A stretch of DNA of 64,000 bases, from the NCBI RefSeq assembly GCF_964194155.1, contig NC_135888.1, forward strand, positions 104,470,001 to 104,534,000, given 5' to 3'. Position 1 is the first letter of the stretch; each line of letters opens with the position of its first letter. Below the pieces are notes generated by a model. That model saw only the letters and a list, made by a program, of their open reading frames with translations, was not told the DNA's origin and did no database searches. Below are positions 12,632-24,706 of the stretch, piece after piece. A program made the translations under genes and the position numbers. The DNA is from Cetorhinus maximus. Its lineage: Eukaryota.

Positions 12632-13719
12632 CAGCAGCGCTCTGGAGAGCGGTCATCGCTGTCCTGCTGCAGCCCGCCCACTCCCGCTGTCCTCGGGAAC
12701 CGCAATTCACGCTGGGGGGGTCTTAATTGGCCCGCCCATGTAAAATGGCAGCGCAGACCCGATCGCCACTCCACACCCGCCTGAGCCCGCTCCCGCTCCC
12801 GCTCCCGCTCTCGCTCCCGCTCTGCCCGCCCGATAGGCAGAAAATTCTGCCCAATGAAACATTTTTTGCAGCTCTGGGCTAAAAACCAGTTTATGTATTG
12901 ATTTCCAAAATGTACTTTGTATAATCTAACAGGGATGAGAAAGAGAAAAAAAATCAGTTGGGGTAGACATTGATCGTTGAGCCCATTTTCTGGATGGAAG
13001 ATGACCAATTCTGCAGGTTGATGCTCTGCACCGAAGGATGCCTGAAAAATATCCAAACCAATATTGACCTTAAATGGTTCACAAGCATCCAGGGCTACTT
13101 ACTAAAGCAGGTGGGTCTTTTTTTGCCAAATAGTTCAGGGCCTAACACGTATTGTAAGAAACCTTCCCGAGGTTGGGTGGATCGTAATGTGTTCAGATTT
13201 TCCAGGTGTAGGTACAACCTTGGAAACAGCTGCATTCACAGATGAAAAGATTGAAGCTCCATGGTAAAGATAAGCAAAAAAAAAAGGCTTAAACTTCACT
13301 TGAAGTCAGGAGGAGTAGGCATTCTCCTGCTGACTCAATCAGCCACCCATTCCCATGGAGCCAGTTGTCAGAAATGGGTGATCTGTCCACTAAGGATAAA
13401 CATAGTTAAACTTCTTGGTCATTCTTTGAAAAGTGTTTTTCAGCCTATTTGTTTAGGAGGAAAAGAAAACCTTGCAGGATGGCCCAATGCACTTCATGGC
13501 AAAGAATTATTTTTTGAAGTATCATCATTGTTGTTATCAGGAAATGCAGCAGCTAATTTGCAGACAACCTTATTCCACATACAGCGGTGAGTAATGACCA
13601 CATGATCTGTTTTGATGGGGTTGGTTGAGGAACAAATGTTAGCCAAGACACTGGGAAAACCTCCCTGCTCTTCTCAAATACCATGAGATCTTTCATAACC
13701 ACCTGAGCTGGCAGAAAAT

Positions 13720-13847
13720 GGGCGGGATTTTCCAGCCCATCCTGCCACCAGGATCATCCAGTTCCGCCGCAAGTCAATGGGCTTTTGGCTGGGCCACCAA
13801 ACCACCCGCAGCAGGTCCCACCACACCGGGGTCGGACAATCTTGGCC
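13720..13847. mobile_element. ~125-bp Harbinger MITE
   Basis: TIRs GGGCGGGATTTT / ACAATCTTGGCC, TSD AAT/AAT, core AAGTCAATGG. Confidence 0.8.
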
Positions 13848-13854
13848 AATGTCT

Positions 13855-14450
13855 ACAACAACAAACAAAACATTTATCTAGTGCCTTTAATTTAGAAAAA
13901 TGTTCCAAGATGTTTCACAGGAGTGTTGTCAAACAAACTTTCACATCAAGCCACATAAGGTGACATTAAGACAGATGACCAAAACCTCAAATAAAGACTT
14001 AGGCCAGGAGTTTCCAGCCCTCTCGTGGCAGACCCGCCAAGGGAGATTCGGCGGCCCAGCCAAAAGTCTATTGACTTTCAGAGGGACCGGATAATCCTGG
14101 CGGTGGGCAGGGCCGGAAAATCCCACCCTTAGATTTTAAGGAGCTTCTAAAAGGGAGCGAGAGAGAGAGGAAGATGGAAAGATTTAGGGAGGGAATTCCA
14201 GAGCTTAGGACCTAGGCAGCTGAAGCAATGTGCCCAGTGGTGCAGTGATTAAAATGGGAATGCATAGGAAGCCAAACCAAAGAGGACAGAGATCTCAAAG
14301 GCTTGTAGTTCTGGAAGAGGCTACAGAGATAGGGATGAAGCATGGAGGGATTTAAATACAAGGATAGGAATTTTAAAATTGAGGCGTGATGGACCTGGGA
14401 GCGAGCACAGCGGTGATGGCTGGATTGACTTAATGCAAATTAGGATATGA
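13855..14450 (-). mobile_element. L2 LINE 3' fragment, interrupted by MITE 14002-14128
   Basis: Minus strand FSCLGPKLWNSLP (end of L2 ORF2) and a (TTG)n-like tail. Confidence 0.7.
14002..14128. mobile_element. ~125-bp Harbinger MITE
   Basis: TIRs GGCCAGGAGTTT / AAAATCCCACCC, TSD TTA/TTA, core CTATTGACTT. Confidence 0.85.
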
Positions 14451-15179
14451 TTTGGGTTTATCTGATAGATTTAACCTATCATCCGAAAGACAGCACTCCA
14501 ACAACACAGCATTCCCTCTGTGCCATATTGACCAGCCAATCGAGATTTGCACTAAAGTCATGCATCAGGAAGAACTAAACCAAGAGATGCACCATGGACA
14601 GGATTCAACAAGATTCTGTGTAAAGGTGAATATTCAGAAGTTTTTTATCTGACGTGGTTCATATTGCAGATCAACACATGGACTGCATGTTATTTTCTAT
14701 CTTTCAAAGCGGGACAGACAAGCCTATAACTACTGAAAATCCAGTGCCCTCTTGCATCTACCCAATTATACATTTATTCTTTAATAAACCTGTTTGGCAG
14801 TTTTCAGTCTCAGCCACAGTTAATTGGTTTCTTCTACCACCTTTTAAAAGAAAGACTTGTGTTTATTTGGTGCTCTAACCAGTATCAGCTCTTCCCAAAG
14901 TGTAGGTAAAGTGACTTCTAAGAGGTTGTCAATCACCTGTCAAACACTGAAAGCGCTCCCTGAGAAGGAATGCTGTGAGAAGCAGCCTCTCACCTGGCTG
15001 TGGCTGACGCTCTTCACTTTCACTGATCAAAGGCTTTCCAACTTGTCACTTTATTGAAGTAGCATTCTCCATTTTTCACTCACCTGGTTGACTCTGGGGA
15101 GTGGCTGACAGCTTGGGAAATAGATGCACTGGCTGTTAAAGCCAGAATGCTTGATTAATATAGAACTTAATCAACACAA

Positions 15180-15400
15180 ACAAAAACAAAAACAAAAAAT
15201 GTTGGAAAAACTCAGCAGGTCTGACAGCATCTGTGGAGAGAAAGACAGAGTTAATGTTTCGAGTCCGTATGACTCTTCTTCATGGACTCGAAATGTTAAC
15301 TCTGTCTTTCCCTCCACAGACGCTGTCAGACCTGCTGAACTTTTCCAGCATTTTTTGTTTTCGTTTCAGGTTTCCAGCATCTGCAGTAATTTGCCTTTAT
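15180..15400. mobile_element. Fold-back PLE tail pair
   Basis: ~80-bp inverted arms (15190-15268 and 15282-15361) joined at hammerhead stem II (GAGTCCGTATGACTC). Confidence 0.85.
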
Positions 15401-15560
15401 CATAGAACTTAATTACCTATTTGAATATTCAAATGGTTTACCTCAGATAATGAATGTTACTGAAAATCCCAAATCCTGCAGAGGACACAATACTGATATC
15501 ATTACTCCAGGTGAATGTTTACAATGGTTCATTGTACTCTTGTACTTGAACAATAACAGT

Positions 15561-16990
15561 GAATTGAACCTTCACCCTGACATAGGTCAAGAATGGAGGC
15601 AGGCAGGCACATAATTCCACACCACCAGCCATCGTGCCAGATTGCTGTCACCTTTCTGACCATCAGTAATTTTGCTCAGGAGGACGGAAAGCAGAATCTG
15701 GCACCCTGCCCGATTCAGATAATTGACCAATTGATCTTGTTAATGAGCTTGTTATCAGCTCATCAAGAGCCAGTTTGTAATTTTTGTGGGAAGACACGTA
15801 TTCCATGATGGATCTGGAACAGTCCAAATAGAATGAGCAGTAAATACAGCAGGGAGGTAGTCATGGTCACACCATTCGATTAGGTGGGCCCATCAAAGGG
15901 TATGCAGCTGAAAGGGGCTCTCATCCATTGGCGCACAGGTGACATCGGGTGAGCAGAGTTTGCAGACCAAGTGATTTGTGAGTGCTTGGTCATTGGGAGG
16001 GGTCGTGACCCTCAAGGGGTCATGGGGCCATCAGAGGCAGTGGGGAGTGGGGAGAGCATTGAGCTTTGTGAGTGCAGCTGACAAGGCAACAGCTGGACAT
16101 GGGATTACGGTATTCAAGGATAGGAACGAGTAGTGATGAGGAGTAACACCCTCATGAGCAGATGCAGGGCCGTAGGCATGAAGGGAGAAGAGGAGAGCAA
16201 CAAGGAGCAAGAAGGCAATGAAGGCCATACCCTCAGCATTGAGTGTACTGGCAAACAAGAAGCAACCTGGACATGTCAGAGAATCAGTGCCGCTGGAGAC
16301 TGCGCCTATCTAGACAGATGGCCACTGAAATTTGTGCACTAGCTGATGAAGACCGCAGACCTCGCAGCACTGTTCAGGAACAACATGGCCGTCAGGCTGC
16401 TCAGCTGGTGTTTCTGCTGGCGGCTGCCTAACTGGAGGCCTGACATCCAGCTGTCGCGTTGCACTCACCTTGCCAGAGTGAAGAATGTCATTAAGCTTCT
16501 TGCAGCACAGCACCCAAGCCCTCCAGACAACACTGAGGCTACTGGCATGTTCTGCCACCTCCAGCCAGGCCTGCCTAGTTTGGCTGGGTGGCCTTCTCCC
16601 GCCACCCTCCTGGAACAAGAACCCTCACCTCTCGAACACTACCTTTGACAAGGGCTGCATCTGTGAACCATGGCGCAGCCTTTGCTCCGGGTGTCAGGCC
16701 TCTGCCTCTCCTCCTGCTGAACTCGGGTTTCCATGGTGAATCAAAATGGCTACCACAGTAATGGCTGCCGGATTGCCTTTAAATAGGGCCCACACTTTAA
16801 GAGTCCAACTTCTCTCCTACAACTGCTGTCGTTAATTGACCACCAAACCTGCCCTCCAGCCAATTAACTGCTGACATTGGACAAAGTCACCAGCTATGTC
16901 TACATCCACCCCCTACCCCACTGGAGTGGGGTCGGGACCCGAAAATGGTTCCAACGTCAGGTGCACAACCCCAAATGAAAAATCCTGCCC
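15561..16990 (+). mobile_element. Older, internally deleted Harbinger: transposase 5' piece joined to Myb exon 1
   Basis: + strand YWQTRSNLDMSENQCRWRLRLSRQMATEIC (cf. SYLNVSEVQCRRRLHLSRETVNYIC in A). - strand QAWLEVAEH..AWVLCCKKLNDILHSGK/VS. Right TIR AAAATCCTGCCC; left TIR weak. Confidence 0.7.
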
Positions 16991-18335
16991 AATGTGGCAA
17001 TAATTTAGTAAACAGCAAATAAATTAATTTTTAACTTTTTTTTAATAAAGTAGCACAGTTAAACGTACAGCATTTGCAAATTTTTAAAAAGAAAATCCTG
17101 CTATATCTCATAATAAATATTAATGCAGATAGTATAAGAAACTCTAGGTGCAAAACATCTGCCGGGTGCTAATAGAATGACTCTGTTACTCACTGGAGCA
17201 GTGAAAATGGCACATTAATCCGCATAAAGCACCAGGTGACAGAAACAGCTGTGAAGGAAACAGTCTTACATTTCATTGACCTAAAACAATAAAAATGAAG
17301 GTCAACATAATATCAAATTCCAAACAGGAAACAACACTGAGATGCTGTTGCTGTGTTGAAAATATTTTTCTCTATCTCACCTCTGTGTGAATATTAAGTT
17401 TTCATTACAGAATTATTGCTTTGTTCCTTATGCGCTATATTTTTATGGCACCTTTCCTAAGTATTTCTTCCCTATTATGTCCTAATATGCTATTCTGTAA
17501 TCAGCCTCTTCGAAATGCATATCAGCCCATGTTGGAAGTGGGCTAGCTTCTGCTATCTGTGCTTTTGTCTTATCCCAACCAGAGCAGTGATTGGGGATTC
17601 ATTGCATGGCACATTTCAAACTTAGATACATTGCGGTATGGCATGGTAGGAAGGCAGTGCATTGTAACAACCGGCACGAGAACAAGCTAAATACTAAACA
17701 ATGTTCAATGGGTGAAAATCTCTCCATTTGTCAGTTGGTTCACCCAGCATTACTACTTGAACGTACATCAATTGAACCCTCAATGTTACACTCCCAGATG
17801 AAGAGCTACTTTGGATATCTAAATGGACTGATTAGAGTGGCTGGTACTTTGGTTTAGTGCACTATACCTCACTTGTGAAATGTAGGAACAAATCCAACAC
17901 AGACTGACAGAATGAAAAAGGACCCTTTCTCTGCTATCTGCATGCTGATGCGTTAATGAGTTTAAGGCTAAGAGGCATTATTGGGGCAGTGAGGAGGGCT
18001 AATTTCATGTCACATGACTGCAGAATGTTGTATATTGATGCTACAAATTCTCATCAATAAATGCTACTCATTATCTTGATGTATCTAAAAATGCTAACAA
18101 TAGTGTGAATAAGTTCAGTCATCATTCTTGACCTCTTCAAAATTTTCTTTGTCGTTTGGTAGTACAGGACTTGAGTATTGTTGAAAAAAGAGACATGCTT
18201 TCTAAGCTTTTGTTTTGCATTCATCAGGACAGGTCTTAAGCAGGGTTATAGTGCTGCCGGAGCACACTGGAGGACCACTCCGGCATCTCCGACCAGGGCC
18301 CAGGAGAGGGGGATGCAGATGGTTCCAAACACCAG

Positions 18336-18970
18336 GGGGAGGATCTTCCGGTCCCCCGCGCTCAATGTCACCCCGTGTCATTTCAATTTTCAGGTCAGCG
18401 GGGGCGCAGCCAAGTCAGCTGCGTGCCCGCCGACCTGTCAACGGCCTATTGAGGCCATTTAAAAGGTAATTAAGCTCATTAATGGACCTGCCTGTCCAAC
18501 CTTAGGGTTGGCGGGCAGGCCGGGAGCCCTGACGGGCTTAAGAAAAAGCATGAAACTTCATCCACGGGCGGGATGAGGTTTCATGAGTGTTTTAAAATAT
18601 TTAATAAAGGTTGCAGTAAAAGTGATGGACATGTCCCAACTCATGTGACAGTGTCAGGGAAATGTTGCTATCATTTGCTTAACCTTCTTAAATTTGGAGT
18701 CGATCTCCCTGAGGCAGCACTTAGCCTCAGGGAGATCAGTGTGCTTTTTCGCACGCATGCGCAAAAGAGCGCACTCTCGGCTGAGGTAATCCCCCCCCTG
18801 CCCGCACAGGGAGTGCATGGTGCTTCCTGGCGGATATCACGCTGGGTGGGCCTTAATTGGCCCACCCATGTAAAATGACGGGGCACCCCTGATTGGGGGC
18901 GCCAATCGGAGGCGCACCTGCCTGCGCCTGCTCCTGCAATTCTCCCCCGACGGGGGGGAAAGTTTTACCC
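18336..18970. mobile_element. ~700-bp Harbinger MITE (635 bp)
   Basis: TIRs GGGGAGGATCTT / AAAGTTTTACCC, TSD CAG/CAG. Opposite orientation to 5318-6034. Confidence 0.88.
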
Positions 18971-20129
18971 CAGGGCCCTGGGCCAGGGGATGTGGGCTCG
19001 GTGTTTTAAACGTGATTCTCATCATCCACGCTGAGCAACCAGAGCTAAGGACCTGACAGACTGGCTTAAAAAAAATGTTGAAGTTTGTCTGTCAGGTCAA
19101 TTTCACTTGTTGCTGCGCTGCTGCTAGGGAAATTGGGGTGGAGGGGTTGGGGAGTGGGGAGGAGGATGGAGTGGCTTGAGGTGGAGGGGAGTAAGAATCA
19201 TTATTTGGTTCCATAAATGTCAACTTTGCAATGAACCAAATCATAGATAAACTAAATGTTTTCTGTAATTTTCATAAAAGTATTGACAGAATTTCTTTTA
19301 AAGATATAATTGTTTCTTTTGTTCTGGAAGAATGCACATTAAAGACTTGAAGTGGAAGGTTTTTAGAATCAGTTCATCCTTTTAAACACATTTTAAACTA
19401 CAGATGGCCAGTCCCCAGTAGTTAATTATTTTTTCAGATTACGGGGCCTTTATTTACTGGTGAGCAACTTGTGAATTTGCTCAGACTATTAAACCAAGAA
19501 GTAGGAATCTGCAAAAATTGCAAGCACTGTCTGCTTTTCACAATTTCAATTTATAATTGGGCGGTGATAGAAAAGAAAAGTTACAAAGGGTCCCAAACCG
19601 GATGAACCACATGAACAAAGATCATAACACAGGACACGAAAAGTCCTGAAGTCGTTAAATTGTAATTATTAAAACAAGCATTATATCAGTGTTGAAAACA
19701 ATTCCTGCTCCCACTGCCATGTCTTCTCTCACAGTGTGTCATACTTTGAGAAATCCCTTTGCACTTGTTCTGATACTGCAGCACATTTTTGTGCATCTGT
19801 AATGTGTTAATTCAGTAATATCCAAATGGGGAGAAAGCTACAACAATTATAATGTATTACCATCTAAAATGAGCATCAACAGTACAAACGTCAGCAATCG
19901 GGGACCTGAATGCAATTTATGTTTTTAAAGCAATTAGGGAAATGTTAGTTACCAAAAAAATATATAGACTATGGTGCCAAGTATAAAACAATTTGTTTGT
20001 GTCCTGAAGGAAGGGAGGAGGATGCAACTACTTAACCTTATGTTTATACCAGTGTCCTTATATTTTTTTCTTGCTCTTTTCCTTGCCAATTTTACATTCT
20101 GGTCCGAAAATTACATGAGAACTGGGATT

Positions 20130-20519
20130 GGACAGAAAAAGTTTTTGCGAGCGTCCTGATTGGTGAAGAATACCCCAAAAATCCAGGGAAGTGAAAATAG
20201 GGGAAAGTCCCAAGGAGACCTTCTTGTCAAAGTATAAGATAGCTTTTGCAATTTGTGTTAGCCTTACAAATCTGTAAATATCTGCATATATCTGTAAAGA
20301 TATAGTTGTGGGTGAAGGAGCATTGTAATATTGTTCATCTTTTCCTGGTTAATAAATGTTTTATTCTTTCGTTAAAAGTTCATCAGCTGACTCCTGTGAC
20401 TCTATTCAGTAGCCACTCTTCATGGATCTAAACAAACAATTAGAAGTTTGGATCTATCACATTGGGTTCCACTCTGGGACCAGATTTGTCTAGGGGTGAC
20501 CTCAGCTGGGATCATAACA
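20130..20519 (+). mobile_element. LTR-like 3' portion
   Basis: AATAAA at ~20351 and terminus GGGATCATAACA. Similar layout to 23000-23259 and 28840-28985. Confidence 0.5.
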
Positions 20520-21944
20520 GTGTTTCAAATTCAGGAAGTTCCCGGGCAACTTTAATTGGAAACATTTTTTTAATTGCAAAAATGACTTACTGGACTGTTT
20601 AATGACAGAAAGAATTGTAACAGTTCAATGGAACTGTTTCATTTTCCTTCCTAATACCACCATCAAAGCATGAGTGATTAACAGGAAATTCAGGTAACTA
20701 GAACAAGGATTTACAACTTTGTTTCATGGGTACTTAGCAGGGGTGTAGTTCTGCCAGAGCTCACCGGGGCGCTACTGGGGCATCTCCTATTTAAAGGCTT
20801 TAATATTCACCACTAGGTGGGAAACTCTCCTTTGGTGATTGACCATCTGTTATATGGCCCACTTGATTTTTCTTTCCATTGACCTTGTTAACATTACTTA
20901 AGAAATGTAATTTGCGTCCAAAATGAAACTTTTCAAAGTTAATCAATCATAACTTTCTCATTTCCCCTAGCGTGGCAATAATTAAAGACCTGATAGCAGA
21001 AAAATAGCTTATCTGTCTGCAATTGGATGCGGTGAATAACTCACAGGTAAAAAAAAGACTGAACCTGTGAGACCTCCCCTTGGTGATGATGTTCTATAAT
21101 TTGTAGCAAAGGGGAGGTTTTATGCAGTCTACTGGAGCAAGTGTTGCAGAGTTGTTGGTGGCATTCATTTGCCAATATTGTCTTGGAATGGAAAAAATAT
21201 GAAGCAAATTAAGTTACATTAGAAACAGGGTAAATGCACCCTAGTTCTGTCCTTTGTAAAATACTCCCCACACAACATTTAACAACAAAAAGGTATTATG
21301 TGGTAGATATGTTTTTCCACATTAATCAAATTACAAAACCAAACTTCCGCTCTTTATTTAAATTGAAATGGCAGTTGGACATTGATTTACTAACTTTCAG
21401 TAAAGTGCAAACTAAAAGGTAGTTTTACTTCAACCTTAAAAGTATATTGCGTTGCATATGCAAAATAAACTGGTCACTAGTCAACAATTAATTGTCTAGT
21501 TTATTCCCCACAAGTAAAATTGAGTGTCTCGCACTTTTGACAAGCAGCAATATTTGCTTATTTTTAGTTCAGGATATTTTCCACTCAACAGTTATTTGTA
21601 CTTGTGTACTATTTTAACATTTTGGTATTGTATATTAGGAAAGGTGTTGCAGAACATTTAACACAATTTAGACTTAAAATTTTGTAACATGGTAAATAAG
21701 TAAACCTATACCTTTGTTCATTATAGGTACACTTTCAATTAGTGCACTGCATAATACTATTGAAATTCTAAGCTTATCAATAATCTTTATTGCTCAGCTG
21801 TAGATATAGTTTTTTTTAAATATCAGTGACTTAATCTGGTGTTTTATAAAAATTGTACAAAATTGCAGAAGTCATTCTACTTTCCAAATAAAAACTTATT
21901 ATTTGTTTTTTTTCATTTGAAACAGGCACTTATTATCTGAAGAG

Positions 21945-22080
21945 GCTCTGAGGAAGAGTCATAAAGACTCGAAATGTTAACACTGTTTCTCTCTCCTCAG
22001 AGGCTGCCAGCCCTTCTGAATTTTTCCATCATTTTCTGTTTTTATTTCGGATTTCCAGCATCCACAGTATTTTGCTTTTA
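21945..22080 (+). mobile_element. PLE 3'-tail copy with hammerhead core
   Basis: CTGAGGA-A-GAGTC-ATAAA-GACTC-GAAA-TGTT followed by the PLE tail. Confidence 0.8.
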
Positions 22081-22169
22081 ACTTATGTGAAGATTTTTTT
22101 TTATTTTTGGGAATATGGGTGGGATTCTGTAAAGAAGGCTGTGAGTAATTAACAGTTGATGGGCTCGTG

Positions 22170-22415
22170 TTAATTTCCCAGAATTCGCTAGATTCTGGAT
22201 TGGAAAGTAACAAATATAAGCCCTATATTCAAGAAGGGATGGAGGGAGGCAGGACACTATAGACCAGTTAGCTTGACGTCTGTCGTGGGGGTTGTTATTG
22301 GAATCAATCACTAAGGAGGCCATAGCTGGGCACTTAGAAGAGCTCAAGGCAATTGGGAAGAGTCAGCATCGCTATGTGAAAGGAAAATCATGTTTTACCA
22401 GTTTTTTGAAGGAGT
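22170..22415 (+). mobile_element. CR1 LINE RT fragment
   Basis: LFKKG..GHYRPVSLTSVVG...KSQH..KGKSC motifs of CR1 RT, decayed. Confidence 0.7.
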
Positions 22416-22419
22416 GCCT

Positions 22420-23259
22420 GTGTAATTAAACTGGGGGAAGTCTAGTAAAGACAGTAAAGAGCAGAGAAATGAAAGGTAAAGGTGCTAGATGCATAAATTT
22501 GTAATGAGAGGCTCTGGCGAAGTTGAATGTACCAGTAAATAGGTAGGGTTTTGAAATTTGCATTAGGTGATAGGAAACGTGCAGGAAATACATGCAGTAT
22601 GTTTGTGAGTGTGTATATTTGTACCGCTGTGATCTTTTTTCAACCCTATTTGGTGAAGCAGCTTGAGTTTTTACTTCTCAGCTGTTAAATTTTAAAGGGA
22701 GTTTAAAAGTGACAAGGGACTTTTACAACTTATAAAGTTTTCATAGGCCTGCTCTTTGCTGAGAAAAGTTGTGAATTTGAAGCAGCGATCAGTTTCAAGC
22801 CAGAAAAGTCTTTGTTTTCAGAAAGCAATCTGTTTCTGAACCTTTCTTTCTGGGATTCCCACTGGAGAGTGTGAGAGAGTGGGAAGTCAAGTGGTATACT
22901 TTATTAAAGTAGCAGTAGTTTTTGTCTTGGGTAATATTGTTGGATTTTTATGATTAAATTCTATAAGGAAGCTGTTGCCAAGTAGGTTACTCACGTGTTC
23001 TGACCAAATGAGTTTTTTGGGGAATGCTTTGTAAGATTGTTTAACTGCATAATTTTAATCTTGTGTGCTTAAGTATTTTTTTCTTGTTAATAAATATTTT
23101 AATTTTAAAATCCCAAAATTATTACTGGGGTGCTATGCTCTGGGATCAATAGTTTTCCCCTCATTTTCAAAATACACAAAAAAATGTTATGATCAGTAAG
23201 ACAAGTTTCCCTCTGGGATTTGGCTTGCTCAGTGAACAACATCGGCTGCGGTTGTAAAA
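22420..23259 (+). mobile_element. LTR-like segment
   Basis: AATAAA at ~23090 and a 3' end (CTCTGGGATTTGGCTTGCTCAG..CATCGGCTG..GTTGTAA) resembling 20470-20519. Confidence 0.45.
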
Positions 23260-23424
23260 GTTATTATTAGATTATTAAATGGGAAATTTCTGAATGTTGC
23301 AGTTTTGAAGCAAGGTCACTTCTTACGTGCAGGAAATACAGGCAGTATGTTTGTGCGTGTGTATATTTGTACTGCTGTGATTTTTTTTCAATCCTATTTG
23401 GTGAAGCAGCATGAGTTTTTACTT
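22577..23424 (+). repeat. 100-bp local direct repeat (22577-22676 and 23325-23424)
   Basis: ACGTGCAGGAAATACA..GTGAAGCAGC.TGAGTTTTTACTT occurs twice with only a handful of substitutions. Confidence 0.95.
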
Positions 23425-24289
23425 TTGCCTCTGTTCGGTGAAGATTTTGACTGCAAGTATTGATTGACAGATGCATGGCAAAAACCCCCATTCTGCTCTT
23501 CACAAGATATTTATGATGGATAGCGATCTCTTGGGCCAGCAGAATACAGGGAACGTGCATGCTCTAATTGGTCAGGTGTGGAGTCAGCCATTTCGCAACT
23601 CCTCCATTATTTTTCTCCACTTGATTTTTCTTTCCGCTGACCTCAGTGGAATTCACTCCATTAATTGTCTGACTGGATTTTCAATCTGGTGCTGATTTTA
23701 ATCCTCGCTGCCTCCAATATTGAAGCTACTTGTTTCCAGAGGTAACACAGGCAGGGGGATTTGGCTCATTGATGGCAACAATCCGAATTAGAGGGAAATC
23801 TTCTTGCAACCATGCGGGATTGCGTGATGTGTGACACAAAGGCTGCCAGCACGGGAACCCTGTCGAGTGATTTCTACCTGCGTTATTATGTGGGGCACAA
23901 GGACAGGTTTGGCCATGAGTTCCTGGAGTTTGAGTTCAGACTGGGCAGTAAGATTTGACCGGAATGTCGAGAGCTTGATGTGTGGCTGTGTATCTAGAGC
24001 CTGGGAAGGTTAAAAGGTGGAGGATTGAAGGCCAGGCCCAGGGTCCCAGGCCTCATGTTGCTACTCCTGAATGTCTCTGAGCCAATGTAAAAAAAACCAG
24101 ACCTCACAACTCCTTGCACACAGCTTTCTCATAAACAGGCATTTCAGGGTTTTTGAAGCCCAAGGTTACCAGGATCAAAAGCAGCATCAGTGTCCTACTG
24201 ATAGTTTGCTTACTGAACATTAATTATTTGGCTCTGAAAGCTTGAGGATGTGAAACACAGTATAGTATTTGTATTCCCTGCTGGCAACT

Positions 24290-24706
24290 TTACATGGATG
24301 AGGTTTCCTAAAGCAAATAAACAAATAAAAACTTTTTTTTTGAATTAAGAACATGTCCCAGCTCTTGTGACAGAGTCACATGGGGGAGCATGCTTTATTA
24401 AATTTTTATCCTCTTCATTTTTTTTTTACACAGCGCTTCAATCTCCCTGAGGCAGCTCCAAGCCTTAGGGAGATTGACGTGCTCCTTCTCGCGCATGCGC
24501 GAACTGCATGCTAGGCCCGGCCCTCCCTCCTTCCCTTGCCCACGGAGGCAGCACTGAGTGCTATGCTCGCGATCCACAGAGGGCTGGCCTTAATTGGCCC
24601 ACCCACGTGAAATTGTGGCATGGAGCCGATCGCGGGCAGCGGTCGGCTTCCCGACCACTCCCGTCCAACCCCGCCGAGCCCACACGCCAAGAGCAAAATC
24701 CTACCC
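24290..24706. mobile_element. Truncated ~700-bp Harbinger MITE
   Basis: GGATGAGGTTTCCTA, ACATGTCCC and ATCTCCCTGAGG hairpin motifs; TIR AAAATCCTACCC. Confidence 0.8.

Larger units (their letters stand above)
8429..12852 (+). mobile_element. Near-full-length PIF/Harbinger DNA transposon (copy A, ~4.4 kb, decayed)
   Basis: TIRs GGGCAAGAATTTTC / GAAAATTCTGCCC. Convergent transposase and Myb/SANT genes. No clean TSD (CTT vs AAT). Confidence 0.92.
13505..14520 (-). mobile_element. Deu-domain SINE split by nested insertions (pieces ~13505-13716 and ~14455-14520)
   Basis: CCTCCCTGCTCTTCTCAAATACCATGAGATCTTTC..CACCTGAG resumes as TTTAACCTATCATCCGAAAGACAGCACTCC, collinear with 2820-2910. Confidence 0.6.

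Noticed and set aside
12783-12825. ERERER-coding segment of ORF 12628-13056
   Set aside because: It is a (CGCTCC)n microsatellite expansion in the Harbinger subterminal region.
21900-21945. Splice acceptor TTTTTCATTTGAAACAG suggesting a host exon
   Set aside because: It runs immediately into a PLE tail, with no open frame or donor to support an exon.
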